64,000 nucleotides of DNA from contig BCKQ01000019.1 of NCBI GenBank assembly GCA_001600695.1, forward strand, positions 87,511 through 151,510, written 5' to 3'. This DNA is from Ascoidea asiatica JCM 7603. Taxonomy: Eukaryota; Fungi; Ascomycota. Below the pieces are notes generated by a model, which had not been told where the DNA came from, did not search any database, and saw only the letters and a program-made list of their open reading frames with translations. The position numbers were made by a program, and so were the translations under genes. Positions 11,204-20,497 of this stretch are shown piece by piece. Position 1 is the stretch's first letter; every line of letters begins with the position of its first letter.

Positions 11204-11488
11204 ATGTTTGAATTGATTAAAAAAATATATTCCATTTCAAAAACTGGAAAAAATTTAATTTCAATGACTCCACAATCTCTATTATTGAAATATAGTTATA
11301 AAAATATTGGAAATTTAACAAAATTTTCAACTGGTTTATTTGGAACTATTACTACTTTTTATTATACTTTTAATAAATTTATTTTAAATAAAAATAATAA
11401 AAAATCAAATAATAATAATTCTACAAATAATCAATCTGAACAATTAAAAGATAAAAGAAAAGATAAAAGTAAATTTAAATCTTCTTAA
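11204..11488 (+). CDS. Orphan 94-aa basic protein with one moderately hydrophobic segment
   Basis: A-rich start context (ATAAAACAATG), codon usage like real genes here, segment FSTGLFGTITTFYYTF, Asn/Lys tail. No family recognised. Confidence 0.5.
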   Translation: MFELIKKIYSISKTGKNLISMTPQSLLLKYSYKNIGNLTKFSTGLFGTITTFYYTFNKFILNKNNKKSNNNNSTNNQSEQLKDKRKDKSKFKSS

Positions 11489-11748
11489 TTTTAGAAACAC
11501 TGCATAAATCACTGTTATTACTGTTTATAAAATAGCTTTAAAGTTATCTTTACCCGAAGACTGGCGTTTTTTATCTGCTTTCAAACCTATTTTTTCAAAT
11601 ATTATTTATTATTATTATATTATATTTTTTAATATATTCTTAAATAGTAAATAAATAAATAGGAAAATAAATTAACTCCTATTTAAATGAGCTTTATTCC
11701 TGGATTTTTTTAGTAGAATTACAAATTTTAATATTAATATAATAAAAA

Positions 11749-14700
11749 ATGTCATCAAAAATTTCAAATAAAAGAAAAAAAGTTTGAAAAGCTTGTAATT
11801 ATTGTAGATTAAAAAAAATTAAAGGTAATGGTAAAAATTCTTGTTACAATTGTAAAGAAATTAATAAAGATTGTATATATTCAATAAATAAAAAAAAAAA
11901 TCAATTTTTTCAAATTTAAAAAATGAAATTAATAATATTAAACAAATTATTAAAATTTTAATTAATATTCCAATTTTAAATAATTCTAAAGATATTAATA
12001 ATAATATTAATAAAAATAATGACTGGAGACTGAAAATTTTAATGATTTTAAATAATAAATTTGATATAAATTCAGGTTTAAATTCAAATTTAAATTCTCA
12101 ATCAATTGATTTATTGAATGATAATATTCTCTCTGATATTGAAAGTGATACAAATGATGATTATGATATTGATATTGATAATGAAATTGAAAATGAAATT
12201 GAAATTGATAATGAAATTAATACAGAAAATGAAACTAATATTGAAAATAATAGTTATCAAGAAAAGGATAATAATAGTGGTAATAATAATAAAAAAATCA
12301 ACCACAATCACAATACTTTTGGTGCAAATAATTTGAAAGAGCATTTCAATAATAATAAATTGATTATCAAAGATATTAACAATAAAGATAATAAAAACAT
12401 ACCTTATTCAATCGAAATTAATAAAATATCACAAAATTTAGACTACAGTTGTGAAGAAAATTGTAATAAATCTATTACATTACAATTAAAATTTTTAAAA
12501 AATAAAAATAATGCTTTTTTTGGTGCTCATCAAGCTTCTTCTTCATTATTTACATATTCTGATATAACTTGGTTAAATAATAAATGTGAAGAATTAAATT
12601 TACAAAGTTATATTAATTAATTAGAAATCTTTTTATTTAATTTCAGAACTATCAATTTAAATTTACCAGATTCAAATAAATTCACTTATTTTAATAAAAT
12701 TACAAAATAATAACTTTGAATTTCAAAATTTAAATTTCGAAAAGATCATTGAAATTCATTTATCAAATGCAATCTATTGTTTTCAAAAAATTCAGATTAT
12801 TTTCTTATCAGTAAGAAACTCAAATATTAGTTTAATTTTCAAATCAATTTAGGGTATAATTTTACTTTTAGATTATCTTGAAAATTCAGTCAATTCAACA
12901 TTCTCAAAAGTTTTATTACAAACTTTATTCAGATTATTGATTGATTTAGGTTTAAATTAAAAAAAATCATATCTTAATTTACCAATTGAAGAAAAAATTA
13001 AAAGAAAAAAATTTTTTTTAATATTTTATTTTTTTGAAAATTTTATCAAAATTTAAAAAACAGAATTAATTTCAAATTTTGATATAACTTCAATTGATGA
13101 AAATGATAATCAAGAATTTATTTTGGATTCTCTTCAAACTAATAATTTAAATAAACTAAACTCAAATTCTTTTTAGAAAATTAAATATTTTCATAATTTA
13201 AAAGATAAATTAAGTTTTTTAATTGAATTGAAAGAAATTTCAAGAATAAATGATGGATTTTTTAATCTTTATTTAAATTATATCAATTCAAAACTTTCAA
13301 AAATTGGATCAAATATATATATTCAATTACTTTCACCAAAATCGATGTTAAAATTCAATTCAGAGAAAAAAATTCAAGCAGAGTTGATTTTATTTGAATT
13401 GAATGAACTAAAACAAAATACAATTATTTCAGGATCTGAAATTTTTTGAAATTTTTATTAGATTATTCAAAAGAACCATTAAGAGATTTTGGTGATGATA
13501 ATTCAGAATATTTAATTTTTGAAAAACATTATAAATATTTTATGCTATTAATTAATTATTATTATTCTATTGCAGTTGTTAATAGATTTGCATGTATTAT
13601 TCTATGGAATGAAAAATCGAATTTTAAAAATAAAGATAAAAATAAGAAAATAATTAAAAATGATGAGAAATATATCATAGATTGCTTAGATTCATGTTGT
13701 TCAATTCTTAAATTATCAAAACATGGAATAAAAAATAAATTATTAATTGGATTTCCATTTATTTTCAAAAGTTTAAGTTTTTTTATAAATTTTTCATTGG
13801 TTTCAATATTTTCATGTTGTATACAGTTTAAAAATTTATCAAAAAGAGATAATTATTTAATTGTTTCAATGGATTACGTTTCATCATTTTCAGAAAGATT
13901 CAAAAATGAAGAATCTAATACAGTTATTGTAATTTTACCAATTTCAGGACATCAAGCAATAATGAGAATTATGATGAGAATTTTATTAAAAATTTATGAA
14001 CCTATTTATATTAAAAATAATAATTTATATGTTAAAAATTTGATTGAAGAATATTTCAAAAAAAATTTTATTTATGAAGAAATTGATAAAATGAAATTGA
14101 GGGAAAAAGCAAAATTGAATTTAGATTCAAAAAAAAGACATGAAGAAGAAGAAAAAATAATAAGAAAAAAGGAAATCGGAGAGAAAATTAAAATTAAAGA
14201 ATCAATTATTAAACTTTTTCTAAATAAAAATGATATTGTAAATAAGAATATTAATGACATAAGCAAGATAGTCGATACAAATATTAACAGAACAACAATT
14301 AACAATAGTATCGTTCATAATGTCAACAGTATCAATAGAAATATAAATAATAATAATATAAGTGCAAATAATATTAACAATAATATTGTGAGTGAAATTT
14401 ATCCAAAAGAGATTAACAGTTTGAATAACTATAACAATATCAGTACTTTAAACAATCTGGTAAATCCGAATAATTCCAATAGTATCAATTTACTTAGTAA
14501 TACTAATCATGTTAACAATCTCAATAATCTCAATAGTTTCAACAATTTTAATAATTTTGGTAGTTTTGGAAATAGTCTGAATAACTCAGGAAATAACTTT
14601 TGTAATTTCAATAATTCAAATGCTGAAATAGCTGGTATCAATGCAAATGGTAATACAAACAATTCGGCTAATTTAAATATTAATAGTGAAAATATTTTCC

Positions 14701-14786
14701 AGGATTATTTTTCTGATTTTGATTTTAATTCTGGAATGTTTGATTTAAATTCACTTAATTTCTTTGAAGACTTTTTAAATCCATGA
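11749..14786 (+). pseudogene. Zn(II)2Cys6 transcription factor pseudogene (Hal9/Tac1/Pdr-like architecture)
   Basis: ATG at 11749 gives MSSKISNKRKKV*KACNYCRLKKIKGNGKNSCYNCKEINKDCIY: TGA at 11785-11787 and the third Cys replaced by Gly. Frameshift near the A/T runs at about 11890-11910, then ORF 12042-12620 (FFGAHQASSSLFTYSDITWL), further stops and frameshifts at 12620-13450 (remnant LPIEEKIKRKKFF), and ORF 13446-14786 ending in an acidic-aromatic activation-like tail (IFQDYFSDFDFNSGMFDLNSLNFFEDFLNP). Confidence 0.85.
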
Positions 14787-15480
14787 ATGTTTGATTTTGA
14801 AACTAGACCGTTGTATATAAATATTCAGATTAGTTTTACTCAGAATGATTTTTTGATAAAATTGCAGTAATTATTAAAGAAATTGTATTACATATTTTAG
14901 ACGTATATTTTTTCGGCTATAGCTCCGGGTGAGTAACGGAACAACTCTGGACCTGCTAATTAAGGTTTCTAGCTTGCAGTTTGAAGTTTTCGGAGCCAAA
15001 GCTTATTTTGGGTTTTGTGTTTTTGTTTTTCCGGGAGCAGAAATTCCTGGAAAACAAAAACTCGAGCCGTAAAATTATCCCAGAGAAACAACAGAAATAT
15101 ATCTTCTTTTTTCTTGGCTCAGTTAAATCAACTTCTTCTTTTTTTTCTTCTCTTTAAAATAATAAAAGTCAACTCCAAATCAAAAAAAAGTGGAATATTT
15201 TTAGTGCCCGGAATGAATTTGAAAAATTTTAAAAAAAAAGACCACAAAGATTATGTAAGCACATTTTAGCACGTGCTTTGTTAAGATTTACCTCGGATAT
15301 AAAATTTCCCTTTTAATAGCAGGGCTGTAAAATTTTTGTTTTGGTTTTGATTTTAGAATTGAAATTGGTTTGAAAGAAGAAGAAGTTGAGCTTTTGGACA
15401 AGCATGAACTCTAGGGCTTGAAGAGATCAGAGATTATTTATAACTTATTAAGTATAATAGAATATTATTTACTTTTGAAA

Positions 15481-18400
15481 ATGATTTTTGACCAAGACTT
15501 ATTGGATATTGTTGCAAGATCCACTTCTGATTCTTCTTCCAACAACAATAATAAGAGACCTAGAAGTGATTCCGAGAATGATAATAATAGTAATCCATAT
15601 ATCAATTCTCAAATAATTGAAATTGAAGGAGGAAATCAAGAAACTGATCTAAACCTAAATCAAAATCAAAATCAAAATCAAAACCAAAACCAAGATCAAG
15701 AATTAAATTTAGATTTAGATTTAGACGCAAATACAAAAGTCTCCAATGATATTCAATATCACAATATTGAAAATGAAAATGAAAATGGAAATGAAAATGA
15801 GAATGAAATTGAAATTTCAAATCAAAATCAAAATCAAAGCCAGGATGGTGAGAATGAATCTAGAAAAGATGAATCTTCAAAAAAAAGACAAAAGATATCT
15901 CAAGATTCAGAATATTTTAACTCGAATATTGATAATGAATTAATTGAAGCTGATTTAAATAATGTTGAAGCTCTTAATCAAGCTTTAACTAATAATATTT
16001 CTGATCAAATAAATAAGGAAGTTCAATCTGATACTATTAATATTGTTCCTCTTACTAAATCTGATAATGATAATGATAATGATGATAATAATGGTAATGA
16101 TAATGATGATAATAATAATAATATTGAAATAACAAATAGTCAAAAACATTTGGACATAAAAAATTTATTACAATCAAAATTTGGAACTTCAATAATAGAT
16201 TTATTAAATTCAAATTCAGTTTCCAAAAATGGGTTTTCATCTAATTCTTTTTTAAAATTACCAAAAATTTCTGATTCTAAAACTCAATTAGGTGGTTTAC
16301 CTTTACCATTAATTGCCCCTTCAATTTTACCACCGAATTTACAATTTAATATTCAATCAATTCCAATTTTAGATAATATCTCAACTCAATTTTTAAGAAT
16401 TATAATTTCAACTAACTTTTTTAAACTTTTAGATTTAATTTTTAGTAAAGATTCATCTCCTGAAGGTTCCACTTTTACTAATATTTGTGGGATATTATAT
16501 TATGTTAAATCATTTTATTCTTCCGATAATCCTTTTTTAACAATTCATGATGTTTTACCAGGATTTTGGAAACCTGGTAATGTAGCTCCAACAATTTTAA
16601 GAGGGAAAGAAGATATAATTGAAACTGCTTTAAGAAAATCAAATTTAGCTACTTTTGTTTTTTGTACTTTAGGTATGATGGAAGATGTTACTTTAAGTGA
16701 ATTAGATGAAAATTTCTTAGATGTATTTTGTCCTCCTTCAAATTCTTTAACTTTAGATACAAAATTACTTACAAAAAGAGTAAATGAAACTGATCAAGAT
16801 ATAATGGCAACTGCAAATACAACTGGTGTTGGAGGTTCTGGAAAATTATTAAAATCTCAAGCTGTTTTATTCTTAGAATTAAAAACCCAAGTTTATATTG
16901 CTGCTTTATCTGAAACTGAAAAACCAAAAGAAGATATTGCAGAAGAAACTTTTCCAGAAAATTTTGGTGAAACTTTAATGAAAAGAAGAGGTGTATCCAA
17001 AAAAAATAGACAAAATTATAATCAATATTTAACTCCTGCAGAAAAAGATTTTTGTAATAGATGTCGTTCAAGAAAAGAAAATCTATTAAAAGAAAATGAA
17101 ACTGAAAAATTAATTGAAAAATATGGATATTTTTTATTTATAAAGGAATTAATTGAATACATTAAAAAAAATTTAGGTTTTATTATTTATGGAAGACGTG
17201 GTAGAAGTTTCAATTTAGAAGTAGAGCATGCTTGGAACGATATTACTTCAGAATCGAATTCTCCATTGGAAATTGAAAATGATATATCAGAAGTAAACAA
17301 ATCTCTCTCTAATTCAGTTGAATTACAAACTGAAAAAATTCCTTTTGATGGAAATAATCTTGAAACTAATTTAAATACAGATAAAAATTATATTAACGAA
17401 AATTCTAATAATGGATCAAAACATTCTCCCAACTTGGTTGAATCTAATGATAACGAGTCATCAAACGTAATTGAAACCACGAATGAAAATAATAATATTG
17501 AAAATGATAATCAAATTCAAAATCAAGAGGAAATTGTAGATGGGAATGGAAATGTAAATGAATTACAACTTCAAATTTCCACTGAAAATATTAGTAATGA
17601 TAATAATAGTAATATTAATATGGATAGTGGCTTAAAAACAGTATCTCAAGATAATTATGATCCTAATTTAAGTAGGATTGAAAATCAAGAAGTTCAAACA
17701 ATTGAAGGTAATGATCGTCAAAATCAAGAAAATGAAAACAATACCGATATTAATAACAATGACAATGATAATAATAATATCAATAATGATGGCATTGATA
17801 ATAACACTCATAGTAATGAAAATCCAGAAGAAAATTCTCTTGATAAGAGTGAGGAAGCTACTATACTTGAGAAAATCAGTCAAATAAATATGGAAGCTTC
17901 AATGATTGCAGATTCTAATGAAACTCAAAATCTTGGACAAGAACAAAATTTACAATACTCAAATTCATTGGATCAAAATTCAACTAATGAAGATTTAACT
18001 CAAGATCACATTTTTGCTCTAACTCAAACTCAATTGATGAATTCAAATATTAATTCTAATTCAGATAATCAAGTACAAGTATCAAATGTAAATAAAAGAA
18101 AAAATCAAAATAAGCATTCAGCCTCGAAGAAATCTAAAGTTAAAACAATTGTTCGTCGTCCATGGTCCAAAGAAGAAGAAAGTGCATTAAAAGATGGATT
18201 AATGTCCACTGGACCTAAATGGTCAAGAATTTTAGAATTACATGGAGCTGGTGGGAAAATGTCAGAATATTTAAAAAATAGAACTCAAATTCAACTCAAA
18301 GATAAAGCAAGAAATTGGAAAATGTATTATTTGAAAAGAAATATGGAAGTTCCAGTTTACTTGGATAAAGTTACTGGAGACATCGATAGGGAAGACAGAG

Positions 18401-18537
18401 CAATAAAGAGTAGAAGAAAAATTATAAATAATGCTAATGTTAAAAGAATAAGAAAAACTGCTGCTCCAGATGATGTTCCAGTAATATGGTCAGAAGGAAA
18501 TGGAACCGAAAGTCCATCAGGAGAACCCAATTCTTAA
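15481..18537 (+). CDS. TBF1: Telobox/Myb-domain general regulatory factor Tbf1
   Basis: First ATG at 15481. TRF-like region (IPILDNISTQFL, LRKSNLATF, LDENFLDVFCP, KLLKSQAVLFLELKTQVYIAAL) and C-terminal telobox RRPWSKEEESAL...GPKWSRILELHGAGG...LKNRTQIQLKDKARNWK. Confidence 0.92.
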   Translation: MIFDQDLLDIVARSTSDSSSNNNNKRPRSDSENDNNSNPYINSQIIEIEGGNQETDLNLNQNQNQNQNQNQDQELNLDLDLDANTKVSNDIQYHNIENENENGNENENEIEISNQNQNQSQDGENESRKDESSKKRQKISQDSEYFNSNIDNELIEADLNNVEALNQALTNNISDQINKEVQSDTINIVPLTKSDNDNDNDDNNGNDNDDNNNNIEITNSQKHLDIKNLLQSKFGTSIIDLLNSNSVSKNGFSSNSFLKLPKISDSKTQLGGLPLPLIAPSILPPNLQFNIQSIPILDNISTQFLRIIISTNFFKLLDLIFSKDSSPEGSTFTNICGILYYVKSFYSSDNPFLTIHDVLPGFWKPGNVAPTILRGKEDIIETALRKSNLATFVFCTLGMMEDVTLSELDENFLDVFCPPSNSLTLDTKLLTKRVNETDQDIMATANTTGVGGSGKLLKSQAVLFLELKTQVYIAALSETEKPKEDIAEETFPENFGETLMKRRGVSKKNRQNYNQYLTPAEKDFCNRCRSRKENLLKENETEKLIEKYGYFLFIKELIEYIKKNLGFIIYGRRGRSFNLEVEHAWNDITSESNSPLEIENDISEVNKSLSNSVELQTEKIPFDGNNLETNLNTDKNYINENSNNGSKHSPNLVESNDNESSNVIETTNENNNIENDNQIQNQEEIVDGNGNVNELQLQISTENISNDNNSNINMDSGLKTVSQDNYDPNLSRIENQEVQTIEGNDRQNQENENNTDINNNDNDNNNINNDGIDNNTHSNENPEENSLDKSEEATILEKISQINMEASMIADSNETQNLGQEQNLQYSNSLDQNSTNEDLTQDHIFALTQTQLMNSNINSNSDNQVQVSNVNKRKNQNKHSASKKSKVKTIVRRPWSKEEESALKDGLMSTGPKWSRILELHGAGGKMSEYLKNRTQIQLKDKARNWKMYYLKRNMEVPVYLDKVTGDIDREDRAIKSRRKIINNANVKRIRKTAAPDDVPVIWSEGNGTESPSGEPNS

Positions 18538-18910
18538 TCGAAAAGTTTATTGTTTTCTCCATTTCTTTTATTCTTATTTTTTTCCTCTATTATTTTTAGT
18601 GTATTTTATAGTCCCAAAATTTTATCAATTTTTTAAAATAAATATTTATTTACTTCAACACTATTCAGCTTACTTGTAGAAATACTTTTTATTCGATTTT
18701 CACTGTTCAGAGTGGATGTTGGAAGATTCCCTCTTTCGGAGCCTCGAAGTTAGTGCAAGTCGAAAACAAATGCGATGGCAACAAAACGAAGCTGGAAGCA
18801 TTTGTAATAAATAAACCAACAAATAAATCAATAAAAGAATCAAGACAAAAATTAAGAAGCATCTTGGATGAACTATAGAAATAAAGTATAAAGGCAAAGT
18901 TAATTTGAAA

Positions 18911-20056
18911 ATGTTCAGGTATTCCAATCGTATTGGCCCTGGTAGAGCAGCTGCTCAAAGTTTTTTTAGATTCTACTCTTCCAAGAATGAGAGTCCAACT
19001 GCTATTGTTTTCTTAAATATGGGTGGTCCAGCTAAAATTGAAGATACAAGAAAATATCTTCATCGAATCTTTTCTGATTCTGATATGATTCCATTTGGCT
19101 TTTTTCAATCCCAATTGGCTTCATTCATTACTGCTAGAAGAACTGCAATGGTCGAAAATAATTACAGAGAAATCGGAGGTGGCTCTCCAATATTGAAATG
19201 GTCAAAATTACAAGCAGAAAAAATGTGTGAAATTTTGGATAAAACAAATCCAGAAACTGGTCCCCATAAACCTTATATTTGTTTTAGATATACAGATCCA
19301 TTACCTCAAGAAGTTATTCCTCAAATGCTAGAAGATGGAATTAAGAAAGCTGTTGCATTTTCTCAATATCCTCAATTTAGTTTCTCAACTTCTGGTTCAA
19401 GTATAAATGAATTATATAGAAATTGGATAGAAATTGACAAAGAAAAACAGATTGATTGGTCAGTGATTGATAGATGGCCTTTACATCCTGGACTTTTGAA
19501 AACTTTTGCTTCTCATATTGATACTAAAATTGAAGAATTTAAAAAAGAAGGTACTGATCCAAAGAAAATAATGGTTTTATTTTCAGCTCATTCATTGCCT
19601 TTATCTGTTATCAATAAAGGTGATTCTTATATAAGTGAAGTGGCTGCTACTACTCATGGAGTTATGAAAGAATTGAACTCTAAAGTTCCTTATAGATTAT
19701 CCTGGCAATCAAAAGTTGGACCAAAAAGATGGATGGGTCCTTCAACTTTAGATATGGTTAAAAATTTAGAAAATTTATATGATGGTATAATTCTTGTACC
19801 AATTGCTTTTACCTCAGATCATATTGAAACTTTACATGAATTAGATATTGAATTAGTTGGCGAATTAAAAAATCCTAAGAAGCTAAAAAGAGCAGAATCC
19901 TTGAATGTCGACCCTCAATTTATTGAAGCTTTAGCTAATATTGTATCAAATCATTTCAAAAATGGTCGTAAACACTCTAGACAACTTGAACTTGAATATA
20001 AATTATTTAAATCTAAAGGAATATTTTCTGATTTATCTGAGTTTTTTAAACACTAA
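18911..20056 (+). CDS. HEM15: Mitochondrial ferrochelatase
   Basis: ATG at 18911. Arg-rich presequence, NMGGP, YREIGGGSPI, SQYPQFSFSTSGSS, IDRWP, LFSAHSLP, WQSKVGP, PIAFTSDHIETLHELD. Confidence 0.93.
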   Translation: MFRYSNRIGPGRAAAQSFFRFYSSKNESPTAIVFLNMGGPAKIEDTRKYLHRIFSDSDMIPFGFFQSQLASFITARRTAMVENNYREIGGGSPILKWSKLQAEKMCEILDKTNPETGPHKPYICFRYTDPLPQEVIPQMLEDGIKKAVAFSQYPQFSFSTSGSSINELYRNWIEIDKEKQIDWSVIDRWPLHPGLLKTFASHIDTKIEEFKKEGTDPKKIMVLFSAHSLPLSVINKGDSYISEVAATTHGVMKELNSKVPYRLSWQSKVGPKRWMGPSTLDMVKNLENLYDGIILVPIAFTSDHIETLHELDIELVGELKNPKKLKRAESLNVDPQFIEALANIVSNHFKNGRKHSRQLELEYKLFKSKGIFSDLSEFFKH

Positions 20057-20380
20057 GCAGACAAAAACTACATTACCAATATTCAAATATTTTCAATAGT
20101 TGCACTTTTTTTTAAATTTAGTTATTTTTTTTTTCTGTATATATTTTTTATGAATAAAAATAAATGTTTTATTTGAAATGAATGAGCAAGATCCTTTATT
20201 GAAAAACAATTCTCAGCAAATTTTTCATGTTTAATAATTATATTGTTATTGCTTTCCAAAAAAACTTGAGACTGAGTTTACGGGTTCGTTATAGAGCTTC
20301 GGGAATTTTTTTTTCAATAATGGGACCCGCATCATGACCGCGGGGTTCCGGTTTTGAAAAAAAAAAATAAAAAAAATATT

Positions 20381-20389
20381 TGAAAATTT
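20381..20389 (+). promoter_or_regulatory. RRPE-like element upstream of NOP9
   Basis: TGAAAATTT about 110 bp upstream of a ribosome-biogenesis gene. Confidence 0.45.
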
Positions 20390-20497
20390 AGTGAAAAGAA
20401 AACAAAATTTCTTTTCATTCTCGAAGAACTCTTTTTAATTTAAAATTAAAATTTTAAGAGAAATAGTAAAAATTATTATCGCTGAAACTTTATAGAA

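Noticed and set aside
8144-11787. Both pseudogenes have an early in-frame TGA followed by AAA G (readthrough or TGA reassignment?)
   Set aside because: TGA is a genuine stop in SYG1, SMD1 and the aminotransferase, Trp is encoded by TGG, and both loci carry additional frameshifts or TAA stops.
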